Source of the DNA: Paraspadella gotoi
Taxonomy: Eukaryota > Animalia > Chaetognatha
DNA: 64,000 nucleotides
NCBI GenBank assembly: GCA_051294375.1
Contig: CM119266.1
Location: forward strand, 1,431,554 to 1,495,553
Direction of reading: 5' to 3'
Shown: positions 1 to 12,395 of the stretch, piece after piece
How the letters are laid out: every line of letters begins with the position of its first letter
Numbering within the stretch: the first letter of the stretch is position 1
The notes under the pieces: generated by a model
Databases searched by the model: none
What the model was told of the DNA's origin: nothing
Seen by the model: only the letters and a program-made list of their open reading frames with translations
Position numbers and translations under genes: made by a program

Positions 1-239
1 CCACTTGATCAATGCAATCATAGAAATTAAAGTTTACAAATTGTAGACAAATGTACGTAATGATTTTAATTATTCTAAATTCAATAAAGATTTAGATTAA
101 GACGAAGATAAAAAAATTATAAAGATTTAATTTGTGATTTTAAGAATTTATAATTCAATAAAATTCGAATAATGAATTTTCTAATTTATTTATTTTCAAT
201 TTATGTATTAAAGAAAACAGGTAATAATATAATGAGTTC

Positions 240-1911
240 TTAATATGAAAGCAGCACTACTGATGGAAAATCAAAAAGATAAGGCAGGGAAGTCGTAAAA
301 GCTGGTGAGCTTTTCCGTCAACTAACTTTGTATAGTTATATAGAAACGGTGACCTTCTTTGAAAAAAGAATTAAAGTTGTTGGGACAATTATTCGAATTA
401 TGATAACAACATCTAAGCACAGCTCTCAACGAATACAAGAATCCAGAAATCAATTCTTATTTTTTGGGGGAATTTTTTGCCATAAAAATTAAGCAATGAA
501 TAAAGAGTAAGATAAAATATCATAGCAAAAAAAAGAAACAATGCTCTGAAATAGATTTCATTTTTCTAATCAGTTTCTTGCCAATCACATTGCACGCGGT
601 AAGTAAGGGTAAAAATGAGAGGGAAAAATAGAAAAAGAAATGCTCGTTTAATTTTGCATAAGAATAAAATGCCAAAAAGTTTTTAATCGTGGGGTAATCT
701 TGTATAGGACCAAAGTAAATTCCGTCACGACCACACAAACCATTAGCAACCGTTTTAATATTAAACTGAACTCCTGGACCACGTACCAACCACCATATTA
801 CACCAGGAAAAAAAATACAAAACAAAATTGAAATTATCATTGCTACTTGAAAATTGTTTTTGCCAATCATTGAGAGTATCAACTTATGATAAAGTCGAGA
901 ACAGGATAAGAAAATTAAATAATAGAAAAAAATGTGACATATTCGAAATAATGATTTTTGAAGCTTCATCCTTTTGAATTTCTAATGGTAAGAAATGTAG
1001 CTGCACATTGAACAACAAAATAACTCCAATAAAGTAGAATGCTTCAAGTCTTAATATCCATTGTAAAAGTTTCCGCTTGTAAAACACCAAAATTGAATGA
1101 TAGATCATACTAAAAAAAACATCTATCACAATATTAGTGGAAGATATTTAGAATCGGGATAAAAAAAAGCTGAGTTACCAAGGAATAAATATAACAAAAC
1201 CACTACTATGTGACGACTTTTAAAATCTGTATTATTTATGCTTTTTAAGAAACTGACGGATTTTTGCATATGATTTGCCAAGTTCTTTGGCCTTTGAGAA
1301 AGCGATCTCATTGTTTTTAATGAATATTTTATGAACTTATCTGTCCTAATTCTCATTGCTGTAAATTCGATAAAGCATTCGATTTTAAAATTGTTATTCG
1401 CTATTCCCCAGGATGTATTAGGAAATGTGTATAAGAAAGGGTCGTGATCCTGAAACGTCCTGCTCGTTGCGACCACAAACATTGTATAAAAATGCTTATC
1501 ATCCAATGAAACCAAGAACATTTTTACTCCATATGTACTCAGACTTGAGCTTTTAACAAATCCACCATTTTTGACCAGAGAAATAAACAAGAGTTTCAAT
1601 TCGTTTCCCAAGTAAAAACTCGAAGAATGAGTGGACCAACAAATAAGAAAAACAAATAAGATAATTTAAGGCTATAAATGTAGATGAAGTAGAGAGTGAT
1701 AGAGAGACCAAAAGTTTCTTGAAGGACTCCCAACACCAGAAGGATGATTTTTGTGACCATGGAATGAGATTTTTGCAAAAAGCCCATTCTATTATTTACT
1801 GCGGCTTTGGTCAAACTAACCATAGACAAGACCAATGAGAAAATCGTCCAGTAAAAGTTTATTTCCCACTTACAGAAATAATACATATCTTCTTTAATTC
1901 TTTTGCATTGA
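240..1911 (-). other. Frameshifted duplicate of the large XK-related exon (near-identical to 5487-7161); probably an assembly or haplotype copy
   Basis: 1-1911 aligns to 5247-7161 apart from scattered 1-bp indels. ORF pieces 1596-2072, 1126-1611, 884-1129 and 520-969 reproduce successive parts of the 610-aa ORF. The copy ends at a 25-N gap. Confidence 0.85.
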
Positions 1912-2430
1912 NNNNNNNNNNNNNNNNNNNNNNNNNTCTCTCTCTTTCTCTCTCTCTCTCCTCTTTCTCGTCCGTCTCTGTCTCGTAATTCCATCTCTCT
2001 GTCTCCATCGTAGCCATTTTCTTCGCCCCATCGAAGACGAAATCCATAAAATGAAAAAATTTTCACGGACATTTTTCACTCACTATTTTTAACACACATT
2101 TTTTTGAGGTTTCTCCTTTTTTTTCTTTTTTTTTCCTTTTAGTTTTTCTCGTTAACTTTTTTTCATTTCCTTTAGGTTTTCCCTTATATTTTCATTTCAT
2201 TTCTATTTACCTTTTTTTGTCATAATTAGTCATGATTATTATTAAAATAAAATATTGCAAAAAACTGATAAATATTTTCTGGTCTTTTCTCGCTTTTTTT
2301 TAAAACTCATTTATTATATCTAAATAAAATGACCAAAAATATTAAATAATTATCATATTTGTCGAAAATCGCAAGTCTCAACGAAGCCACCGTGATTTCT
2401 GTTTGTGAAAAACAAACAGACTCTCATGTC

Positions 2431-2510
<80 letters not shown>

Positions 2511-2524
2511 CTCTCTTCTCTCTC

Positions 2525-3190
2525 TCTCTCCGAGATCCCAGGCGCCTTTTCCTCCCAATCTTTGCCCCGTCTTTATGATCTTCCCCGAGGGAAAAGCCGT
2601 TCCCCCGTGTGTTGTTCGCGGCCTTACCCATAACCCTTACCCTTCTTCCTCCCCCCTTTCCACCCCTAATCCGCTAACACTTACCCTTCTTCCTCCCCCC
2701 TTTCCACACCCTTATTCCGCTAACCACCCCATTTTTTAAAAGCACCCTTCATTCCTTCTCTATGGTTTTACCCTTTAGCCTCCGTCTCTGCCCCCCCTCT
2801 CATCTCCTATCGTCCTCTCGTTCTCTCCCGAAACTCCAGCTCCGTCTCTCTCCGCTCTCGTCCCCCTCCGCTCTCGACTCCCTCGCACTAAGTCCTTATC
2901 AACATCTCTTCTCTCGTCTCTTCGGCGAATCCCAGGCGAGCCTTTTCCTCCCAATCTTGCCCCCCGTCTTTATGATCTTCCCCGAGGGAAAAGCCGTTCC
3001 CCCGTTGTGTTTGTTCGCGGCCTTACCATCTAACCCTTACCCTTCTTCCTCCCCCCTTTCCACCCCTAATCCGCTAACACTTACCCTTCTTCCTCCCCCC
3101 TTTCCACACCCTTATCCTCCGCTAACCACCCCATTTTTTTAAAGACACCTTCATTCCTTCTCTATGGTTTTACCCTTTAGCCTCCGTCTC
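2525..3190. repeat. Local tandem duplication of ~265 bp (2525-2790 and 2925-3190)
   Basis: Both copies read gatcccaggcg...gagggaaaagccgttcccc...cacccctaatccgctaacac...ccctttagcctccgtctc. The spacer looks like a garbled (CT)n tract. Confidence 0.85.
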
Positions 3191-3316
3191 TCATTTTTTC
3201 TGCCTCAACCTTCGCTCGTAGTTTTTCTAAATGGCAGCCTCCCCCCCGCGATCCCTCCCTGCTGTTTTTTCACCCCCTACTCAAAGAAAGTCTTTGGTGT
3301 GAGAGAGAGAGAGGGA

Positions 3317-3371
<55 letters not shown>

Positions 3372-5486
3372 TAAAAATATTACGATTATTACTTTCATCA
3401 TTACTTTCATCATTACTTTCATCATATATCGGCCGTTTTGCCCCTTTTCAAATTAACTAATTTTTTCATCTATTTTACTTATAAATTTTGTCAAATTTTG
3501 TTCAGATTAATCATGTTTTAGAATTAGATTCGACCTACCATTTTCATATTGGATAAAATTTTTATTTTTTACTTGATTTTTACTTGATTACGAATTTCCG
3601 CGCGCTTATTAAAAAAAAAAGGATTAATAAAAATATAATTTGAGAAGGTTAACTATTTATTATTCCCTTCATTTTTCTTCCATTGTTCCATTGTTTTTAC
3701 TCTCCCCTTCATTTCTTATGTTCACCTCACCCTTTCCAACTCCTTTCCCCCTTTCCTCTTCCTCTTCCTCCTCCTCCTCCTCCTCCTGCTCCCTTCCCTC
3801 CTTCTTTTTCCCGAAACCAAAAACTTAATGGCGACAGTATTTTTTTCCCTTTTTTTTTTTCCTATTCTTAGTTTTTTTCCGAGGTTTTACAACGGAATAC
3901 GAAAGAGAGAAGATAAGGGAAAGGCGTCCCTCCATTCATGTCTTTAAAGCTTTTTTTTATGTGTGTGCGCGTGGGTTTGTGCGAGACTTGTATAAAAAGC
4001 GATAAACAATATTCGTGGGACACGAAAAACAGCGGTAAACAACTGAACACTGGGTTTAAAGCTCCTCGTCTTTGGTAAACGTTTGATGGTGACAAGAAAA
4101 ATCAGTTGAGATTCTCAGATTCCGCCTTGTTTGCATTGAAGGTTAAATAAATATTGAAACGCCTAAAACATATGATTGAGCAAAATAATGTTTTTTTAAA
4201 GTTTAAAAGGATGATGCAAGACGGGAATAGAACCCGAGACCAGTCAGCCACTTACCTCATCCTCAAGGAAGAGTCTCCAGAGAATCTATCAACGATTTGG
4301 TTGGGATCAATGTTGAGCTTCGCTGCCTCACGATTTTTTGAATTCCGTCTTCAGACGATTTTCGCTCTGAGCCTTTTTCTTTTCTTTTATTTTTCTCATT
4401 TTTTCTTTCTCCTTTCTTTATTTATTTATCGAAGTTTTCTCTAGTCTTTTAGTTGTTTTTTTCATATATTTTTTCTAATATAGCGAGGCGGTATATTCAC
4501 ACAGCTTCACATATACTAGGGCTAGCCGACCAAATTCAAATTTTAATGGGAACAGCATTAAAGAAATCCATTGTCAGTGCTAAAATGTTTTTTTTTTTTT
4601 CAAAAATGTTCCGAACCATGAGTAATTCGCTAATTTTAATTATTATATTGCGATAATTTTGTTTGAATATTCAAAAAATCATCGTTAGACGATGATGATT
4701 TTTAGGGTTTTTATCAATTTTGACTAAAAATATATTTAGGAATGCTGCAGACGAGGCACTTAGAGCCTTATCCACAAAACGATGCAGTTCTATATATTTG
4801 GCATAATCGTTTTCTCCATGATGAAAATATATCTTAAGTTAAGATATATTTTACGTCTTAACGTTTGAAATATTTCTTATTTTTGATGCGTAAAATAAAA
4901 AAATACATATTATACTTTTACTAAATAGGTACATAGTAAACGAAAAAGTAAGAAAAAAATATCTGTGAAAATTAAAGTAGATATTTAGTCGAAAAAAGAT
5001 TTTCTTCCAGTGTACTACTTTAATCAAATGCGATAATCCGTTGATATAATAACAAAAGCTTTCTTTATGATTCACCAGATGAGCATTGGTTTAAAAATAT
5101 TTTTTATTACAAAGGTGAATCTATAAATTTACTTTCATATGTCTCTTTGCATGCTTCTTAAATGTACTTCCAACTTCTTAAAAAATACACTTTTTACAAT
5201 AAATCTTTTATCAAGAGTTTATGAAATTGGTACAATCTCTAGTTTCCCACTTGATCAATGCAATCATAAGAAATTAAAGTTTACATAATTGTAGACAAAT
5301 GTACGTAATGATTTTAATTATTCTAAATTCAATAAAGATTTAGATTAAGACGAAGATAAAAAAGATTAATAAAGATTAATTTGTGATTTTAAGAATTTAT
5401 AATTCAATAAAATTCGATAATGAATTTTCTAATTTATTTATTTTCAATTTATGTATTAAAGAAAACAGGTAATAATATAATGAGTC

Positions 5487-7379
5487 TTAATATGAAAGCA
5501 GCACTACTGATGGAAAAATCAAAAAGATAAGGCAGGGAAAGTCGTAAAAGCTGGTGAGCTTTTCGTCAACTAACTTTGTATAGTTATATAGAAACGGTGA
5601 CCTTCTTTGAAAAAAAGAATTAAAGTTGTTGGGACAATTATTCGAATTATGATAACAACATCTAAGCACAGCTCTCAACGAATACAAGAATCCAGAAATC
5701 AATTCTTTATTTTTTGGGGGGAATTTTTTGCCATAAAAATTAAGCAATGAATAAAGAGTAAGATAAAATATCATAGCAAAAAAAAGAAACAATGCTCTGA
5801 AATAGATTTCATTTTTTCTAATCAGTTTCTTGCCAATCACATTGCACGCGGTAAGTAAGGGTAAAAATGAGAGGGAAAAATAGAAAAAGAAATGCTCGTT
5901 TAATTTTGCATAAGAATAAAATGCCAAAAAGTTTTTAATCGTGGGGTAATCTTGTATAGGACCAAAGTAAATTCCGTCACGACCACACAAACCATTAGCA
6001 ACCGTTTTAATATTAAACTGAACTCCTGGACCACGTACCAACCACCATATTACACCAGGAAAAAAAATACAAAACAAAATTGAAATTATCATTGCTACTT
6101 GAAAATTGTTTTTGCCAATCATTGAGAGTATCAACTTATGATAAAGTCGAGAACAGGATAAGAAAATTAATAATAGAAAAAAATGTGACATATTCGAAAT
6201 AATGATTTTTGAAGCTTCATCCTTTTGAATTTCTAATGGTAAGAAATGTAGCTGCACATTGAACAACAAAATAACTCCAATAAAGTAGAATGCTTCAAGT
6301 CTTAATATCCATTGTAAAAGTTTCCGCTTGTAAAACACCAAAATTGAATGATAGATCATACTAAAAAAAACATCTATCAACAATATTAGTGGAAGATATT
6401 TAGAATCGGGATAAAAAAAAGCTGAGTTACCAAGGAATAAATATAACAAAACCACTACTATGTGACGACTTTTAAAATCTGTATTATTTATGCTTTTTAA
6501 GAAACTGACGGATTTTTGCATATGATTTGCCAAGTTCTTTGGCCTTTGAGAAAGCGATCTCATTGTTTTTAATGAATATTTTATGAACTTATCTGTCCTA
6601 ATTCTCATTGCTGTAAATTCGATAAAGCATTCGATTTTAAAATTGTTATTCGCTATTCCCCAGGATGTATTAGGAAATGTGTATAAGAAAGGGTCGTGAT
6701 CCTGAAACGTCCTGCTCGTTGCGACCACAAACATTGTATAAAAATGCTTTATCATCCAATGAAACCAAGAACATTTTACTCCATATGTACTCAGACTTGA
6801 GCTTTTAACAAATCCACCATTTTTGACCAGAGAAATAAACAAGAGTTTCAATTCGTTCCAAGTAAAAACTCGAAGAATGAGTGGACCAACAAATAAGAAA
6901 AACAAATAAGATAATTTAAGGCTATAAATGTAGATGAAGTAGAGAGTGATAGAGAGACCAAAAGTTTCTTGAAGGACTCCCACACCAAGAAGGATGATTT
7001 TTGTGACCATGGAATGAGATTTTTGCAAAAAGCCCATTCTATTATTTACTGCGGCTTTGGTCAAACTAACCATAGACAAGACCAATGAGAAAATCGTCCA
7101 GTAAAAGTTTATTTCCCACTTACAGAAATAATACATATCTTCTTTAATTCTTTTGCATTGACATAGATGCGTTGTGTTAACTAGAGTTCCATTATCAAGC
7201 TCTTTGAATAAAGAACCGTTTATCTTCGGTTTTTCTTGAATAAAATCTATTAGATTTGGAACACATTGCCTACTGTCAAAGACCAAGGAGTAAACAACGA
7301 CGCTAGTTTGAATCAGCATTTGGACGTACGATTCAAAGATAACATGGATTATGTCAATGGCATATAGAAGATTGCTCTT
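5487..7379 (-). CDS. Large 3' exon of an XK-related (Xkr/CED-8-like) multi-pass membrane protein
   Basis: The 610-aa ORF stays open 20 codons upstream of 7319 (KSNLLYAIDIIHVIFESYVQ-MLIQT). FESYVQMLIQ resembles the XK-family ESxPQxxLQ motif, and the later SLVLSMVSLTKA resembles the XK SxxSL helix. There are many further hydrophobic segments. A possible acceptor gtgtag lies near 7452; the stops at 7380-7385 may be indel errors. Confidence 0.65.
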   Translation of the reverse strand, partial: KSNLLYAIDIIHVIFESYVQMLIQTSVVVYSLVFDSRQCVPNLIDFIQEKPKINGSLFKELDNGTLVNTTHLCQCKRIKEDMYYFCKWEINFYWTIFSLVLSMVSLTKAAVNNRMGFLQKSHSMVTKIILLGVGVLQETFGLSITLYFIYIYSLKLSYLFFLFVGPLILRVFTWNELKLLFISLVKNGGFVKSSSLSTYGVKCSWFHWMIKHFYTMFVVATSRTFQDHDPFLYTFPNTSWGIANNNFKIECFIEFTAMRIRTDKFIKYSLKTMRSLSQRPKNLANHMQKSVSFLKSINNTDFKSRHIVVVLLYLFLGNSAFFYPDSKYLPLILLIDVFFSMIYHSILVFYKRKLLQWILRLEAFYFIGVILLFNVQLHFLPLEIQKDEASKIIISNMSHFFLLLIFLSCSRLYHKLILSMIGKNNFQVAMIISILFCIFFPGVIWWLVRGPGVQFNIKTVANGLCGRDGIYFGPIQDYPTIKNFLAFYSYAKLNEHFFFYFSLSFLPLLTACNVIGKKLIRKNEIYFRALFLFFAMIFYLTLYSLLNFYGKKFPPKNKELISGFLYSLRAVLRCCYHNSNNCPNNFNSFFQRRSPFLYNYTKLVDEKLTSFYDFPCLIFLIFPSVVLLSY

Positions 7380-7507
7380 TCATCATAAGGGATACATATC
7401 TCTTTTCATAAGCCCATTTAATAATTTAATTCTATTGAGTACAATACTGTACTACACAATATTACAAAGCATTATTTTTTTTTAAATTTAAATATGAAAA
7501 TAAAGAA

Positions 7508-7960
7508 ATTATGAATTACTTATTATGAATTACTAACTTGGTTGACTTCTCGTCGGACCTCGCAACAAGTTCGCCCCGCCTACAATCATGACTAATTGAC
7601 TCCTCAATAGTACCTCCCCTGCGAGAAGCGTGAGGACGGCCATAAAACATCTTGGGGTTCTGGAAAACCCTAAAGTCGGGTTCCAAGCCAGGGATCCACT
7701 CCATTGCTGTCGAGCGGACACAGTAATCTTCAGCCAACTGTCCTTTCTCCAGCAGTGGAACAGGTCCTGGGTTTGGAACCACGCTAGGTTTTCAAGGACC
7801 CCAAGGCGGTTCACGACCGTCCTCGTGCTTCCCGTAGATCGATCCTGGGGATCGAACATGAGCTGATAGTTTTACTCAATGAGCCACCGGGTGACGACTG
7901 AAGATGCACAAGCTTATAGGCAGGGTGAATTCGTCGCGATGCCCAACTACAAACTACAAT
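7508..7960 (-). mobile_element. Putative tRNA-derived SINE-like element in the XK-gene intron
   Basis: GC-rich island in AT-rich DNA. On the minus strand it has an A-box-like TGGCTCATTGAG (7875-7886), a B-box GTTCGATCC (7849-7857), a structured body, and a 3' end in a short tandem repeat (AGTAATTCATAAT x2, ~7508-7536). A-B spacing is shorter than in a tRNA, and no target-site duplication was identified. Confidence 0.45.
7619..7837. other. Long imperfect inverted repeat (~100-bp stem, ~18-nt loop)
   Basis: The left arm CTGCGAGAAGCGTGAGGACGGCC...CTTGGGGTTCTGGAAAACC...GGTTCCAAGCC...CCATTGCTG matches the reverse complement of the right arm, CTACGGGAAGCACGAGGACGGTC...CTTGGGGTCCTTGAAAACC...GGTTCCAAACC...CCACTGCTG. 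A 7-bp-stem hairpin TCGATCC-TGG-GGATCGA follows at 7839-7855. Confidence 0.9.
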
Positions 7961-8532
7961 AAAAAAGCTCATACAAAATTGCACCGCTTTTTATGTCTAA
8001 GGTCTAAGTAAACATGGATCCCTTCCTTGAGCACGCGAGAAGTAATTTTTCCGGAGACTTGAGAATGGGTCGCAAAACAAAGAACGTAAATAAACCGAAA
8101 CAAACAAAACTTGGATTTATATGTATGTTTAATTGTATATAAAACTATATAGCTCAGTAGGGTGATTCAAAAATTTGAAAATGAGAAATTTTTCATTGGA
8201 GATTCTTGGCATAAAGAGAGGTTCTTGAAATCTCAAGACGGAAGGTGACACTCAAACCCGGCAACAGTTTCATTTTTATATTGAGCTTGATCAGAATAGT
8301 TGGTGTGTCTTCGTCTGCCCCACAGATGTTCCGGACAAATGACAAGTGACAATAAAATTGAACGTGCAAGTTGAGTTCATGATTGAGAATAACAAGAACC
8401 TCAAGCTCATGGAGTTTCTAATATAGACCCATTTACGATGATCACGTGACTACATAAGCATGAAACACATGCACAACAAGCATCTTATGGTAGATCAAAC
8501 CAAACCACATATTCATCAAAATGATTCATTAC

Positions 8533-9091
8533 CTGAATTAGGACCATTAAAAACGTAAGTGAGATAGACGGAAGGATGACAAATAGACTGACAAACCGAC
8601 AAATAGATCAACCACAAGACTGTACATGACAGTACAAGTATATAATAAAATAATAATATAGCTTAATAAAATTTAAAATTTGGGCTTTGACTCAGAGAGA
8701 CTGAGCCGACTTCTCGCGACCTCTTGATAGCAAAACTGACTCAGCTACTTTATGGTTTTTGTTATTCAAGCCTTTATTTTGCGACCGTTCTCCAGTTGCT
8801 GATCGACCAACACAACCAAAGCTCCTAATCCCAGCAAATGAAAAATGATTGTTACAAACTGTCGTCCTTTGGATTTCCACAGAGTCGGAAAACTGTTTCT
8901 ATTGTTTGATATGACAAACAAACTATAGGTAGATGAGACGCAGCTGTGAAGAACAAGAGATGATAAAAACGCCCACCCAAAAAAATGGTTTTTAAGATTA
9001 AAATGAGTCACTAGTGTTTTTAAATCTGTCCCAAAATCCAACAAATGAAGAAAATTGGATATCACCGCTATCAGCACTGGCTTTCCCCAAT
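8533..9091 (-). CDS. Upstream exon of the XK-related gene (first TM helices), frameshifted in the assembly
   Basis: Reads WGKPVLIAVISNFLHLLDFGTDLKTLVTHFNLKNHFFGWAFLSSLVL...IIFHLLGLGALVVLV, matching the XK N-terminal DxxTD motif and LHLLQLG-like motif. Acceptor ttttccatttcag precedes 9091 and donor cag/gtaatg follows 8533 on the minus strand. Confidence 0.6.
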
Positions 9092-10016
9092 CTGAAATGG
9101 AAAATTTGTTTCTTTAATCATTACATTGGAATCTAGGCATTCGATAGGTACAATTGCTATGGACGCAAACTATTGGCAACCTTGCTCCAAAAGTTTTGCT
9201 TAACTTTAAAGAAAAAGAGTTACCTAAGAGGTGCTTGAAAAGTGAAGGCATGGTCGCAGAAAAAGATAACCTGGAATTCTTATCAAAGGAAAGGGAAAAT
9301 TACAAAACCTCTTCAAATGAAAAGAATAATAGTGTAGTTTACATAATTATGAATACAAATTAAAGATCCTTTTTTATATAATTTTATCATAAAAAATTTT
9401 AAAAAAACATTCATTCATTTATTAAGCATGAATGAATCTAACAGCCCAGTACATTTTATTTGAATAGAATTTATACATTCTTTTTTTAACTTATATGAAA
9501 GAGTTTGGTTTACTCAGACTTCAGTCTTCAGTACTAAAATTGACGAATATATTTTTCTATTAATTCTTATATTCATTAATTTGACACGTCATTCTCATTT
9601 ATCTTATGAAGATCGTCTTCCTTCATTCCTATGCAATTAAATTGAAAGCTCCACATAATAACCGTTCCTCGCTCTCTCGATGCCGAGACCAACCGGAGGT
9701 AAGTGCCTTCGATCTTTATTGAGAGCAGTAATCAACATTGATCATATTTAACTCATAGTCGATGAAGAGGTTATTGATGAGGTAGCGGTTTGCAAGATGA
9801 ATGACAAGATCATTCTGTAGACCGCCAAGTAGACCATTGCCACAGTCGCCATAACACTAGCCGAAGCTAATGACAACATCAATAAAAGCATTATTTAATC
9901 GAGTCTCGAAGTACATGCAGTCCAACTTAGAACATTACTAAGACGCCGCCGCTGCCGCCGCAGCCGCCGCCGACGCCGCAGCCAACGACGACGAATGAAG
10001 GCCTTAATTGGAAAGG

Positions 10017-10335
10017 ATATACTTGAGGAGCCTCTCGTATACATATCCTTGAGGAGCTCTCCGCTATACATATCTTGAGGAGCCTCTCGCCTATACATAT
10101 CTTGAGGAGCCTCTCGCCTATAAATATCTTGAGGAGCCTCTCGCTATACATATCTTGAGGAGCCTCTCGCTATACATATCTTGAGGAGCCTCTCGCTATA
10201 AATATCTTGAGGAGCTCTCGCTATAAATATCTGAGGAGCCTCTCGCTATACATATCTTGAGGAGCCTCTCGCTATACATATCTTGAGGAGCCTCTCGCTA
10301 TAAATATCTTGAGGAGCCTCTCGCTATACATATCT
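10017..10335. repeat. Minisatellite, ~12 copies of a 26-bp unit TATA(C/A)ATATCTTGAGGAGCCTCTCGC
   Basis: Directly visible head-to-tail units with no spacers; two sequence variants (TATACATA and TATAAATA). Confidence 0.95.
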
Positions 10336-10536
10336 GGCAGAACGCCACCGCGGGCGGCGCCACCTTGCACCTGAGAGGGGCGTCGCGAGCGCAACCGCTG
10401 CCTCCGCCGCCACCTTCCCCAGCACCGATCTATGTCGTTGTTATCGTCTCCATTATCGTCATCATTGTTATCATTTTCGTCGATGTCATTAACCATTTAA
10501 CATTGTAATGATAACGTCGTTCTCCCTTTCACTGTA

Positions 10537-10621
<85 letters not shown>
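10537..10621. repeat. (TCG)n microsatellite
   Basis: Perfect trinucleotide tract. Confidence 0.97.
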
Positions 10622-10622
<1 letters not shown>

Positions 10623-11073
10623 CCACGATATCTATGACGGTTACGGCCGATTAATCCTAAATTATTATTTTTTATTATTTATCGTTTCGAAGAGGAAATA
10701 ACATTTGCAGTGTTGTTGAATGTTGAATTAATTTTAAAATGGAATTTGACTTTACTTTTGAATCCATCCAGATCCGGGAACGAAGCATTTTTTTTTTTTA
10801 TTAACACAATTTAATACAAAAATTGAATACAAAAACAGTAACAGTCACGGTAATGGTAATGGTTCCTTCCTTTTTCTATAATAACTATGTCTTTTAGTTA
10901 AAAATTCTTCTTCGTCCTCATTGTCCTCAATGTCCTAATTATCTTCATTTACTACTAAATTGAAATTTCTAATTTAAGAAATAACGAACGAACGACTAAA
11001 AGACTATTTTTTGCCTTCGAATCACCGTCCACCTCTTCGTCTCTCCGTCTTCAGCTTACTACCTTCTTCTCCA

Positions 11074-11183
<110 letters not shown>

Positions 11184-11417
11184 CCGAAATCGTCGTCGTC
11201 ATTCATTTCGATAAAAGCCTCATTTTGCAGAAAAGTGGTGATCTATATTTCAGTTGCCATTCTCATCATTATCATCATCATCGTCATTATCATCATCGTC
11301 GTCGTCGTCGTCGTCGTTGTCGTCCTTTCTAACCCCCTACAGTTTTTCTCTCGTTTTAAGTCGGCGATTTATTATTCTTCGCCTCCCGTCATGAGGACCA
11401 CATCCATTTCTCTTTCC

Positions 11418-11419
<2 letters not shown>

Positions 11420-11512
<93 letters not shown>
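11420..11512. repeat. (TTTC)n microsatellite
   Basis: Perfect tetranucleotide tract. Confidence 0.95.
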
Positions 11513-11514
<2 letters not shown>

Positions 11515-11819
11515 TTTTATAATTATTTCCTCTTTCTCGGTATCTTACTCACTTTCCATCTTTCTTTCTTTTACACTTTTTCTCTGACGTATAATTTCCA
11601 TTCTCTGATTTTCTCTCCGATTCGCACAAAATTTACTCATTTTTCTTCATTCGCGCAAATGAACTTTTCCCTCCAACTTTTTTTCTTATTCTTTTTTTAC
11701 TTAAGTTTTGCGGACGAAAATGTTTCCATTGCAGTCGGATTTGGAGAATTAGGGTGATACTTAGGTTTCACAAATTAAATAAAATTATCGTAACCTTAAC
11801 TTCACAAAATGTTTATTTC

Positions 11820-12395
<576 letters not shown>

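Noticed and set aside
7516-7866. Overlapping sense and antisense ORFs with similar peptides (LGVLEN)
   Set aside because: The similarity is a by-product of the inverted repeat.
7840-7895. Functional tRNA gene on the minus strand
   Set aside because: Only ~17 nt separate the A and B boxes, leaving no room for an anticodon arm; treated as a SINE-like head.
7888-7945. Hammerhead ribozyme (CTGAAGA inside a GTGACGA/TCGTCGC stem)
   Set aside because: No GAAA directly after stem II and no stem III or NUH site; the catalytic core is incomplete.
7380-9140. Alternative genetic code suggested by in-frame stops around the XK exons
   Set aside because: TAA, TAG and TGA all occur, while long ORFs elsewhere use the standard code; indels and introns explain the stops.
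10017-10335. CRISPR-like array (26-bp partly palindromic repeat)
   Set aside because: Units are head-to-tail with no unique spacers, there are no cas genes, and the context is eukaryotic.
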